NCBI GenBank assembly: GCA_963707655.1
Contig: OY970172.1
Span: 739,665 to 803,664 of the forward strand
DNA: 64,000 bases
DNA from: an uncultured bacterium
Lineage (GTDB): Bacteria; Babelota; Babeliae; Babelales; Vermiphilaceae
Reading direction: 5' to 3'
Positions 56,501 to 64,000 of this stretch are shown piece after piece. The notes under the pieces were generated by a model. The model was not told where the DNA came from, did no database searches, and saw only the letters and a list, made by a program, of their open reading frames with translations. The stretch's first letter is position 1. Each line of letters begins with the position of its first letter. The position numbers were made by a program, and so were the translations under genes.

Positions 56501-56649
56501 AATTGCACGTGGGAGACGATTTTGTCTCATCAAGCATGGAAACGTTCCAAAATAATAAAAATGTCGGCATCAAGACTGAGGTCCCAACGCCAAGTCCATC
56601 GTCGCGTTCGTTATTCCCCATGTCCTTTGGATCATCGGAACAGCTATAA
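53563..56649 (+). CDS. large secreted protein: Pro/Gln-rich repeats plus a C-terminal PP1/PP2A-like (PPP family) Ser/Thr phosphatase domain
   Basis: Signal peptide MNFKTILYTFMLMLTPALLHG. PPP motifs: ADIHG (55552-55566), LGDYVDRG (55672-55695), RGNHE (55768-55782), CCHGG and FRAHQHSG. Confidence 0.8.
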   Translation: MNFKTILYTFMLMLTPALLHGMAQPPQPVQSIANDAKARVTEAIQKNDFAAAQKVINELQITHQSVRAPGPASVLADMVKQLQVILQQAMANYQQLNQPIAPAPQPALVLPAPKFNPQAGMLPKPQPAPSTPAPMAYPQAGILPTPQPMPGVIPAPKFNPQAGMLPKPQAAPSAPAPVVYPQAGRLPAYQPVPVSYSQQPAQSPTAQLMPGVVPGRLPILQPASPNTPATPQIMPGQQLQGQPTPVGYPQAGRLPTPAAPVVNPPQQAPSLRGQPVVPAHVLATMAKNKPALYPAMAYLGQYMQSPAPSAPANIAAGQLQVPAANEIPTSIENLSEMEAKTAIIKALLHGIEQGIRAGNTFNAIAAKNCWLQHVMQEWGAGAAYQKYVEDTIIKGVKSRYGSLDTSNQNTVNAFIRASASDPLFAAAYIFTLDKAAFPTVANTIKSYQVFNPLQNQIDQFIKDQEYEKAISYAYLFKDLSSIYRENRSPQQNTAGNPFLLDTLTMAPDTFKNIDEQLKGLLRVNDNTKIREMINNLYAEKKYITASYVWMISSAYNVVYSQIPAATSANQPAASEITDSAPFNIAFDQWYSSCNAALQNSAVKPLSFDAFKQAMNIFINKTKARFANANKWFNTDNLNTNIPEGNIPYVERVHIPKGSIVGFHADIHGNVQALNSYLRALADKGYLDKQNQFKIADPNFYLIFLGDYVDRGIFGVEVLYTLMRLKLTNPDRVFLARGNHEDADFQNVLPNGLLTREVATKFGVQIENELAKLLPSLYNCLPVALYTQVGNAAKKEYILCCHGGWDVGYDPVPFLTANKTYHAFDTLHYKDILDQLPGDIRTTLQSFANRYPRGAGKYTQNPKITDITSLDFLWNDFYYEDETTVAEFMDGRGLQMGQPLIQALRSLTAHNGINIQAIFRAHQHSGLSRAPMWMRAMVDNKVTKLWPLARSADPALWLGMVITFLVSPNEGYPNTFDSWGELHVGDDFVSSSMETFQNNKNVGIKTEVPTPSPSSRSLFPMSFGSSEQL
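53893..54150 (+). repeat. 129-bp in-frame tandem duplication encoding PAPKFNPQAGMLPKPQ[PA]APS[TA]PAP..YPQAG
   Basis: The copy starting at 53893 (CCTGCACCTAAATTTAATCCCCAAGCTGG) recurs at 54022 with few mismatches. Confidence 0.85.
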
Positions 56650-56660
56650 AAAGACGGATT

Positions 56661-56697
56661 GAAAAGCTCTCGCGCATCCAACTGACGAGAGCTTTTC
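56661..56697. terminator. bidirectional hairpin between the convergent phosphatase and ligase genes
   Basis: Perfect 12-bp stem GAAAAGCTCTCG (56661-56672) / CGAGAGCTTTTC (56686-56697). It overlaps the ligase stop codon by 2 nt. Confidence 0.65.
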
Positions 56698-57721
56698 AAT
56701 CTTTAGGCCCTATTGCTTTGGGAACTTCTTTGACTACGTCTTTGGCATCTTTATCATCACGCAGTCCTTTATAGCGCCCTACGCGAAGCTTATTTGCTTG
56801 TGTCCAATTTGCAAAATGGACCTCGGCTACCATTACAGGCTTCACCCAGAAAATATCTTTTGTCTCTCCATCATAATTACTAAAAGGGCATTTTGCGGTA
56901 GTTATTTTTGCCAATTTTTTTCCAAGCATTTCAAGCACCGTCTGAGTATAACCGGTACCTACCTTGCCCGCGTATACAAGTTTTCCTTTATCGTAGTAGC
57001 CGACCAACAGAGCGCCAAAATATGTACGCGCACCTTTGGGTTTGGTGTACCCACCAATAACCAATTCCTGTTGCATGATGCATTTGAATTTAAGCCAATC
57101 GTGTGAGCGAACCCCAACATAGGTGCCATCGATACGTTTTGCAATAAGTCCTTCCCATTTCAGTTGGCACGCCTTTTTAAAAAATGCTACGCCATTGCCC
57201 ACTTTATGTTCGGTGTAGACAAGCATTTTATTGTAATCAAGCAGCTTTTTTAAGAGCTCCTTGCGCGCATACAGTGGCAAATTGCGTATATCATATCCTG
57301 CAACATACATGAGATCAAAGATACAATATTGAATCGGAATACTTTTTTCTTTTGTTGTACCGGCTTGGCTATTGATCCGGCCCTGCAACAATTGAAAATC
57401 TGATACCCCCGCTTTGTTTTTGCTTACTATTTCACCATCGATAATAAAATTATCTGCTTTCTGCTTGAGCAAGGCATCTACCAGCTCGGGATAGGTATTA
57501 TTCATGCTTTTTTGATTGCGCGATACAAGATATACTTTGCCTTTTTTCTTAATCACCAGGCAGCGTTCCCCATCAAACTTGTGTTCGTAAAGCCAATCAT
57601 TGCGGGAGAAATACTCTTTTGTGAGAGTCGCCAGCATGAGTGGCATGAATAACGGTTCGTCTGTTTTTTTACGTTTTTTTAAATTTTCTGCAGAGAGGCC
57701 GGTAAATAGATCTTTTTTCAT
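56696..57721 (-). CDS. ATP-dependent DNA ligase (adenylation + OB domains only)
   Basis: Motif I EHKFDGERC (KxDG), motif III CIFDLMY, motif IV WEGLIAKR and motif V DWLKFK. 341 aa. Confidence 0.85.
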   Translation of the reverse strand: MKKDLFTGLSAENLKKRKKTDEPLFMPLMLATLTKEYFSRNDWLYEHKFDGERCLVIKKKGKVYLVSRNQKSMNNTYPELVDALLKQKADNFIIDGEIVSKNKAGVSDFQLLQGRINSQAGTTKEKSIPIQYCIFDLMYVAGYDIRNLPLYARKELLKKLLDYNKMLVYTEHKVGNGVAFFKKACQLKWEGLIAKRIDGTYVGVRSHDWLKFKCIMQQELVIGGYTKPKGARTYFGALLVGYYDKGKLVYAGKVGTGYTQTVLEMLGKKLAKITTAKCPFSNYDGETKDIFWVKPVMVAEVHFANWTQANKLRVGRYKGLRDDKDAKDVVKEVPKAIGPKD

Positions 57722-57779
57722 TTATTTTTTCCCCCTGTCATACTATACAATACAGATCCTGATGTTCTACATAAAATTT

Positions 57780-57811
57780 AAAGGGGCAAAACAGAGAAGA
57801 GTCTTGCCCCT
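57780..57811 (-). terminator. terminator of 57833-58174
   Basis: AAGGGGCAA (57780-57788) pairs with TTGCCCCTT (57803-57811). On the minus strand it is followed by TAAATTTTAT. Confidence 0.6.
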
Positions 57812-57832
57812 TTATGCGCGATATTGGTTACA

Positions 57833-58174
57833 TTACTTAATCATTGCAAGCAATTGTTCCGCTGCTTTTTTGATCTCTTGATCCCCATCTTGGCCGGCTT
57901 GTTTTATTGCAACAAGCAGGGCGCTTTTATGCACTACGCTAAAATCGCCAAATGGGTAAACAAATTTTGATTTATCTTTTGGGTCTGCGTCTGTATTGGT
58001 CCCCAGAAACCAGGTGCCATATTGCTCAAGGCCGTGGGTATTCAGGTAGCGGACCTGTTCACTCGGAGTTGCCTGTACTTCATCCCAGTTATTGGTATCG
58101 TGTTCAATTTCGAGCCCTTTTTTAATCATTGATGCGGCAAGATCATAGGCTGCTTTATTTAATTTTATAGCCAT
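57833..58174 (-). CDS. small acidic hypothetical protein
   Basis: 113-aa ORF with its own terminator and no signal peptide. No motif recognised. Confidence 0.5.
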   Translation of the reverse strand: MAIKLNKAAYDLAASMIKKGLEIEHDTNNWDEVQATPSEQVRYLNTHGLEQYGTWFLGTNTDADPKDKSKFVYPFGDFSVVHKSALLVAIKQAGQDGDQEIKKAAEQLLAMIK

Positions 58175-58352
58175 GAAATCTCCTTTTTTTGGAAAAAATT
58201 AAGATATAATTCTTTTTTGTAGCCTATATGGTCGCCCTCCTAAAAGTCAATTATCCGAATGGATGGGACAAGGATTATTTTCATACGTTTTCCACCAATT
58301 ATTGCATTTGTTATGAGCCGATTTATGTGTTATAATTTCTATTAAATAATTA

Positions 58353-59642
58353 ATGAATGAGGCAAAAACCATGGATCGATCATACCCAAACAGTCCCGGG
58401 GTCTATTTCTTCAAAGACCAGAACAATGTCATTATTTATGTTGGTAAGGCGCTTTCTTTGCGCGACCGCATTCGTTCCTACTTTCAAAAAACAACCTCCG
58501 GCGATTTTCGATCTGACTGGAAGGTCAAATCTTTGCAAGAAGAATATCGGACCATTGAAGTGATAGTCACCGCCAATGAGACCGAAGCCCTTTTATTGGA
58601 AGCGCAACTAATCAAGGAGCATCAACCCAAATACAATGTGTTGCTCAAAGACGGACAGCCTTTTTTATATATTATGATTACCGGCGGACACTTGCCGGAA
58701 TTTAAAATTGTACGTAATAAAAAGCTAAAAGGGCGTTATTTTGGCCCTTTTATAGAAAAAATGCAAGCGCGCAAAGTATACAGCTTTTTACAGCAAACTT
58801 TTCAGCTCACCTTGTGTAAAATGAAGATTGAGCAAGGGTGTCTAAAATACCACTTGGGTACCTGTGCCGGCAACTGCCGACCCGATTTTAATGCCGCCGA
58901 TTATCAATTTAGAGTCAATCTGGCTCTTGCCGCGCTTACTGATGATCAGGTAGCTTTTAAAAAACAGATACAAGAAAAGATCGTTGATTACAATCGCCAA
59001 TTTTTATTTGAAAAAGCAAAGCATTTGCATGAATATTTACTGAATATCCAACACATTTTCAGAGTATTGAAAATCCGTTTTTCTGAAGATAAATTTGCGG
59101 CTCAGGTTGCACGCATTACGGCGCCACAAACAATCCCTGCCGACATGCAGGCTCTGGCCACAGAGCTACAAAACTTTTTGGGTGTTGAAAAGCCACTCAT
59201 CACGATTGATTGTTTTGACATCTCCCATTTTCAGAGCCAGGCAATAGTTGGTTCTTGCGTGCGCTTTACCAATGGGACACCCGACAAACGAAAATTTCGT
59301 CATTTTAAAATTAAAACACTACAAGAACAAAATGATTATGCGGCACTGCATGAAATTGTGCTCCGCCGCTACAAAGAGGGAAACGATCTTCCTGATTTAA
59401 TTCTTATTGACGGAGGCAAGGGTCAATTAAATGCAGTCAAGCACCTTTATCCGCAAGCACTTTTTGTCTCATTGGCAAAGCGTGAGGAGACATTATACTC
59501 TCCTACATTTCCTGATGGCAAAAAGCTTGATCTTCATACCGGCGTTGGGCGATTATTAATTGGACTGCGTGATTATGCGCACCATTTTGCTATCACCTAT
59601 CATCGCAAAAGAAAACAAATGATATTTAAAGGAGCGGTATGA
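58353..59642 (+). CDS. uvrC: excinuclease ABC subunit C, short form lacking the C-terminal (HhH)2 domain
   Basis: GIY-YIG domain (PGVYFFKDQNNVIIYVGKALSLRDRIRSYF), a Cys cluster, a UVR-like helix, and an Endo-V-like domain (IDCFDISHFQ...LILIDGGKGQL). At 429 aa it is short compared with about 600 aa typical. 4-bp overlap with clpB. Confidence 0.8.
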   Translation: MNEAKTMDRSYPNSPGVYFFKDQNNVIIYVGKALSLRDRIRSYFQKTTSGDFRSDWKVKSLQEEYRTIEVIVTANETEALLLEAQLIKEHQPKYNVLLKDGQPFLYIMITGGHLPEFKIVRNKKLKGRYFGPFIEKMQARKVYSFLQQTFQLTLCKMKIEQGCLKYHLGTCAGNCRPDFNAADYQFRVNLALAALTDDQVAFKKQIQEKIVDYNRQFLFEKAKHLHEYLLNIQHIFRVLKIRFSEDKFAAQVARITAPQTIPADMQALATELQNFLGVEKPLITIDCFDISHFQSQAIVGSCVRFTNGTPDKRKFRHFKIKTLQEQNDYAALHEIVLRRYKEGNDLPDLILIDGGKGQLNAVKHLYPQALFVSLAKREETLYSPTFPDGKKLDLHTGVGRLLIGLRDYAHHFAITYHRKRKQMIFKGAV

Positions 59643-62200
59643 GCCCTGAACAATTTACCAATGCCAGCCAAGAACTTATTAACGCCAGTGCCACCATTGC
59701 GCGCGAACATCATCACGGTACACTGTTGCCGATTCATACACTAGCCGCCGGCCTTAACCAAAGTTTGTGCCTCGATTTTTTTAGCACACTAGGTGTACCC
59801 GTTGAGCAATTAAAAAATATAGTTGAAAAAGAGCTCGCAAAATTGCCCCAAGTGAAGGGGAGCGAGCTTGCTGTTGACCCGTCACTCGATACCTTTTTGC
59901 GTGCATGCAAACAAGAAGCAGATGCCTTGGGAGATGCTTACATCAGTCTTGAGCAATTTTTAATTCAGTGGGTCAGCAACAGTGTAATGCCAAGCTCAAT
60001 ACAAGATTTTTTTAAGAACTTAAAAATTAACAAAGCAACTGTTCTTGCTTATTTAAAAGAGTTGAGGAAAGGGAAAACCGTGACTGATAAAAATGCTGAA
60101 AACAAATATCAAATTTTAGAAAAATATTGTATCGATGTCACTTCTCTTGCGCGCCAGGGCAAGCTGGATCCGGTGATTGGTCGCCATGAAGAAATTAGAC
60201 GCGTGATTCAAATTTTGTCCCGCCGCACTAAAAACAATCCGGTTCTTATTGGAGAGCCCGGTGTGGGCAAGACGGCAATAGTAGAGGGCATCGCACAACG
60301 CATTATTAATCATGATGTGCCGGAAAGTTTACAGAATAAAAAAATATTCTCGCTCGATTTGGGCCTTCTAATTGCCGGTGCAAAATATCAGGGAGAATTT
60401 GAAGACAGATTAAAAGGAGTCCTGAAAGAGATTGAATCGGGTGAGGATCAAGTTATTCTCTTTATTGATGAATTGCATATGCTCGTTGGCGCCGGTTCTG
60501 CCGGCGGGGGCATGGATGCATCAAACCTTTTAAAGCCGGCATTGGCACGCGGCACCTTGCACTGTATCGGTGCAACTACACTGAAAGAATATAAAAAATA
60601 TATAGAAAAAGATGCTGCGCTTGAGCGCCGTTTTCAGCCTGTTGTGGTGCAGGAACCCAGCGTTGATGATGCGATTTCTATTTTGCGCGGTTTAAAAGAG
60701 CGCTATGAATTGCATCATGGTATTCGCATTACTGACCAGGCATTGGTTGATGCGGTGCTGCTCTCTACCAAATATATCCCCGATCGTTTTCTGCCGGACA
60801 AAGCAATAGATGTCATTGACGAAGCAGCGGCGATGGTAAAAATGTCTATTGATTCCCAGCCTGAATCGCTTGATAAAATTGAACGCAAAATTCGCCAGCT
60901 TGAGATAGAAAAAGTTGCTTTAGCCAAAGAGAAAGAAATTGAAGCTTCAAAAAAACGGCTTGCCGAACTTGAAAAAGAGCTTGGTGAATTAAAAGAACAG
61001 CATACAAAACTGCGTGCGCAATGGCAGGCAGAAAAGGCACCGCTCGAAAAAATAAATAAAATTAAAGAAGATATCGAAGCCGCATCGGTGCGATTTCAGG
61101 AAGCTGAGCGCAATGGAGATTTTGCCAAAGCGTCGGAAATTAAATATGGTGCGATTGCAAAACTTGAGCGTGAATTGATTGATGAACAAAACAAATTGAA
61201 AACGAGTGATGCGCCGCTCATCAAACAACAGGTTGACGTTGATGACGTGGCAAGCGTACTTGCGCGTTGGACCAAAATTCCTGTCGAAAAACTTAAAGCA
61301 AGCGAAGCTGAAAAGCTGCTCAATATGAGCTCATTGCTTGAACAAAAAGTGATTGGCCAAAATGAAGCAATAGAAAAAATTGCGCAAACTATTCAAATGC
61401 ATCGTGCCGGCTTGACCGACCCTGACAAACCCATTGGCTCATTTCTTTTTCTTGGCCCAACGGGTGTAGGCAAAACAGAAGTGGCAAAAACATTGGCCGA
61501 TTTTCTTTTCAATGATGAAAAACGCATTATCCGCATTGATATGTCTGAATATATGGAAAAGCACACGGTAGCGCGTCTTATTGGTGCGCCGCCGGGTTAT
61601 GTTGGCTATGAAGAAGGGGGCCAATTAACGGAACAGGTCCGCAGACATCCCTATAGCGTTATTCTATTTGATGAAATTGAAAAAGCGCACCCTGATGTTT
61701 TCAATATCTTTTTACAAATTCTTGATGAAGGCCGCTTAACTGATAGCCAAGGGCGCACCGTATCTTTTAAAAACTGTATTATTATTATGACCTCAAATCT
61801 TGGATCAGATATAATTTTGCGTGAAACAACAATTACTCCGGCAGTGCGTTCGGCAGTAGATGCATTGTTACACAAAACATTTAGACCTGAGTTTTTAAAT
61901 CGTATCGATAGCATTGTTTTCTTTAGAAAACTGAGTGAAGAAGATGTGCAAAAAATTGCGTATATTCACATAGGCGAGTTAACACAACGATTGCAGGAAA
62001 AACAGATTCAGCTCAGCGTTGATGATGCTGTTGTTGCCCATGTAGCACGTGAAGGCTATGCCCCTGAATTTGGCGCACGACCTCTTAAACGCGTAGTGCA
62101 GCAACAGATTATTGTGCCTATTTCACGATATTTGCTTGTGCACGCGGGGGTAAAAACAGTAAAAGTATCCATGCGCAATGATCAGGTTGTTGTTGAATGA
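59639..62200 (+). CDS. clpB: ATP-dependent chaperone ClpB
   Basis: Clp N-domain, two AAA+ modules (GEPGVGKTA and GPTGVGKTE) and a long coiled-coil middle domain. 853 aa. Confidence 0.95.
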   Translation: MSPEQFTNASQELINASATIAREHHHGTLLPIHTLAAGLNQSLCLDFFSTLGVPVEQLKNIVEKELAKLPQVKGSELAVDPSLDTFLRACKQEADALGDAYISLEQFLIQWVSNSVMPSSIQDFFKNLKINKATVLAYLKELRKGKTVTDKNAENKYQILEKYCIDVTSLARQGKLDPVIGRHEEIRRVIQILSRRTKNNPVLIGEPGVGKTAIVEGIAQRIINHDVPESLQNKKIFSLDLGLLIAGAKYQGEFEDRLKGVLKEIESGEDQVILFIDELHMLVGAGSAGGGMDASNLLKPALARGTLHCIGATTLKEYKKYIEKDAALERRFQPVVVQEPSVDDAISILRGLKERYELHHGIRITDQALVDAVLLSTKYIPDRFLPDKAIDVIDEAAAMVKMSIDSQPESLDKIERKIRQLEIEKVALAKEKEIEASKKRLAELEKELGELKEQHTKLRAQWQAEKAPLEKINKIKEDIEAASVRFQEAERNGDFAKASEIKYGAIAKLERELIDEQNKLKTSDAPLIKQQVDVDDVASVLARWTKIPVEKLKASEAEKLLNMSSLLEQKVIGQNEAIEKIAQTIQMHRAGLTDPDKPIGSFLFLGPTGVGKTEVAKTLADFLFNDEKRIIRIDMSEYMEKHTVARLIGAPPGYVGYEEGGQLTEQVRRHPYSVILFDEIEKAHPDVFNIFLQILDEGRLTDSQGRTVSFKNCIIIMTSNLGSDIILRETTITPAVRSAVDALLHKTFRPEFLNRIDSIVFFRKLSEEDVQKIAYIHIGELTQRLQEKQIQLSVDDAVVAHVAREGYAPEFGARPLKRVVQQQIIVPISRYLLVHAGVKTVKVSMRNDQVVVE

Positions 62201-62204
62201 TTGT

Positions 62205-62633
62205 TTATTTGTCGAAACAATCTTCTTCTTGGGTAACGCTGATACCAGATCCATTTGATACCAATGCTGCGCCATCCCATAAAAACACTGCCGACATTGC
62301 AGGATTATAATTGGCGACAGCGTATTTTTTGCATACGTGTTTCCCGTACACCCAAACTTGATATCCGCTCGATATCTCTTCTAGCGTTTTTATCAACCGC
62401 CGCACAGAAGATTCGGCAGGAATCTCTAATGCTTTAATTATCATTGGTTGTCCATGGCGCGAAGTGTCTGCATAATCATAATAAGAGATATCAACAATGC
62501 CAATACTGATGGGTTCAGGCGATGCATTACAAACAATGAAATTGGCTTCGCCATGCTCAGGAAAAGATTCTGCGGCATATGAAGGCGTAAACACCAGTAG
62601 AAACACGGTACTGAGTATTATTTTGTAATTCAT
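62205..62633 (-). CDS. small secreted protein, tandem paralog family member 1
   Basis: Signal peptide MNYKIILSTVFLLVFTPSYA. Shares the core and C-terminal pattern (VFLWDGAALVSNGSG) with the next three genes. Confidence 0.6.
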   Translation of the reverse strand: MNYKIILSTVFLLVFTPSYAAESFPEHGEANFIVCNASPEPISIGIVDISYYDYADTSRHGQPMIIKALEIPAESSVRRLIKTLEEISSGYQVWVYGKHVCKKYAVANYNPAMSAVFLWDGAALVSNGSGISVTQEEDCFDK

Positions 62634-62670
62634 TTTTTTATCCTGGAGGGTAGATGCGTTGACTAAATAT

Positions 62671-63228
62671 TTAATTTTCGAAATTTACATCACCATCATG
62701 CTCTTCGCCTATTGTTGGCCAGAAGTCATCCTCTTCCTCATCTTCAGAATCTCGATCAGAAACAATATTATTATCAGTAAACGTACTTTGAATCGTAAGA
62801 CCCGATCGTGTTTTTGTGCCATTTTGTGCTTTTAACTGATTGTTATTCCAGACAACATATGCATTGTTTTCATCGGGATGAATAGCATACGTGGCAAAAG
62901 GGGCATCATCTGGGCCGTTATTCCATATTGAAATGTCATAACCCCACAAATCTGGTAACTTTTTCTTGCTCATTCTCAAGACACCAGGCTCATTGTCTCG
63001 CATCGCAGCAACTCTAGTTTTAGGAAGTAATACTTTCTCCGGAAACTCCCAACTATCAACAATTCGTACCCAAATTGGAGTCTGATCCATGTTAACTATT
63101 TCAAATTCCCATGATGAAGAGCGTTGAGTAGCTAATGGTGTAGTTTCAGTAAGATATCCCCGCTCGCTTGCCTGCAGCATATTGCCGGCAACAAAGATCG
63201 CGATACTCAGTATTATTTTGTAATTCAT
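62671..63228 (-). CDS. small secreted protein, tandem paralog family member 2 (acidic tail)
   Basis: Signal peptide MNYKIILSIAIFVAGNMLQA. SWEFEIVNMDQTPIWVRIV...YVVWNNNQLKAQNGTKTRSGLTIQ. DE-rich C-terminus. Confidence 0.6.
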   Translation of the reverse strand: MNYKIILSIAIFVAGNMLQASERGYLTETTPLATQRSSSWEFEIVNMDQTPIWVRIVDSWEFPEKVLLPKTRVAAMRDNEPGVLRMSKKKLPDLWGYDISIWNNGPDDAPFATYAIHPDENNAYVVWNNNQLKAQNGTKTRSGLTIQSTFTDNNIVSDRDSEDEEEDDFWPTIGEEHDGDVNFEN

Positions 63229-63265
63229 TTTTTTATCCCCAATACATGATTCTTCATAATTATTT

Positions 63266-63760
63266 TCATTTCAATGTCTCTATGTTGTTTTTTAAACTCA
63301 AGCCCGATTGTGTAGTTTTATCAAAAATGCCTTTGCCTTTTTGCGGGCGCAATGAACCATCTTCCCAGCTCACGTAAATAGTTTTACCTGTGCCATCTAT
63401 TTTGTACTGAGCAACAGGCATTATTTGAGTTTTATACGAGTACACAGTGATGCTGGTTTGTTTGTTCAAATCAAGGCCCGACACACGCACATAACCAAAG
63501 TCTTTTTCTTTGGCCAAATCAAAACGGACCGCCGGCTTTGGAACTTCAAATTTATTCAGAAGCTCGCGTCCATTATTAGTAACGGTTATGTACACGGGCG
63601 CCGCATATTTATTTTTAAATTCAAGATCCCAGATTGATGCGCCAAGGAGTTTGCTTGCAGGAAATCCTGTTTCTATTTTCGGCGCAAGTGGAGCAGCGAA
63701 TGCCGATACCATTGATACAATCGCGGTAATGAAAACAAGACTTTTTGTTATTTTCATCAT
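63266..63760 (-). CDS. small secreted protein, tandem paralog family member 3
   Basis: Signal peptide KSLVFITAIVSMVSAFA. SIWDLEFKNKYAAPVYITV...IYVSWEDGSLRPQKGKGIFDKTTQSGLSLKNNI. Confidence 0.6.
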   Translation of the reverse strand: MMKITKSLVFITAIVSMVSAFAAPLAPKIETGFPASKLLGASIWDLEFKNKYAAPVYITVTNNGRELLNKFEVPKPAVRFDLAKEKDFGYVRVSGLDLNKQTSITVYSYKTQIMPVAQYKIDGTGKTIYVSWEDGSLRPQKGKGIFDKTTQSGLSLKNNIETLK

Positions 63761-63774
63761 GATATTTTTCTACC

Positions 63775-64000
63775 TTATTTTTTTGCTATTTCATTGTCAG
63801 CAATATTTCCCAACAGAGGAAGTCCTGACTGTGTCTCATCCCCTGAACCTTTTTGCACGCGCAACTTATTGCCTTCCCACGTGAGATACATCGCTTTTCT
63901 ATTTTTGTTTTGTTTTATAAAAAATGAATAGGTCGGCTTTTCTTGTATATTAACCGTAAGCCCGGGATTTTTCACCGCATTTTGATCCCATATGAATAAG
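63775..64000 (-). CDS. small secreted protein, tandem paralog family member 4 (3' part; gene runs off the window end)
   Basis: The frame is open to the window edge. ...IWDQNAVKNPGLTVNI...MYLTWEGNKLRVQKGSGDETQSGLPLLGNI matches the family motif. Confidence 0.55.
   Translation of the reverse strand, partial: LFIWDQNAVKNPGLTVNIQEKPTYSFFIKQNKNRKAMYLTWEGNKLRVQKGSGDETQSGLPLLGNIADNEIAKK

Noticed and set aside
1-64000. Search for mobile-element or defence-system hallmarks (transposase, integrase, recombinase, restriction-modification, toxin-antitoxin, reverse transcriptase, Cas)
   Set aside because: None of the translated ORFs shows the corresponding catalytic motifs. The PLD, YraN and ligase genes appear as isolated single genes rather than parts of recognisable defence operons.

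Overview
This 64-kb chromosomal window comes from a moderately AT-rich bacterium. Its gene content suggests a host-associated or intracellular lifestyle; that is inference only, and no taxon can be assigned from sequence alone. I count about 58 protein genes and 2 tRNAs. I found no rRNA, CRISPR array, transposase or integrase.

**Housekeeping backbone:** plsC, topA, mgtE, tRNA-Lys and tRNA-Glu, rluD, cdsA, yraN, hisS, pgeF, glyA, glnA, uvrC, clpB and an ATP-dependent DNA ligase.

**Envelope biogenesis:** TamB-like and BamD-like proteins, two paralogous MOMP-like porins, a small OMP barrel and an M23 peptidase.

**Type IV pilus / type II secretion parts:** a GspE/PilB ATPase, a pseudopilin and a PilO-like protein.

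**Orphan and eukaryote-like proteins:** many orphan proteins with signal peptides are interspersed among these genes. They include a 570-aa ankyrin protein, a 667-aa WD40 propeller carrying a transmembrane (TM) hairpin, and a 1028-aa secreted protein with a PP1/PP2A-type Ser/Thr phosphatase domain.

**Best candidates for something new:**
1. The secreted PP1-like phosphatase.
2. A Pmp-like (GGAI/FxxN) Gly-rich passenger followed by a separately encoded small beta-barrel, which looks like a split autotransporter. It lies in a 6-kb block bounded by 53-bp direct repeats.
3. A tandem array of at least 4 paralogous small secreted proteins at the 3' end of the window.
4. A Gly/His/Trp low-complexity secreted protein inside a run of orphan secreted genes.

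**Caveat:** topA, the pilB-like ATPase, the Pmp-like gene and an oxygenase-like gene are each broken by several single-base indels, while other long genes are intact. I cannot tell from sequence alone whether this reflects assembly error or real gene decay.
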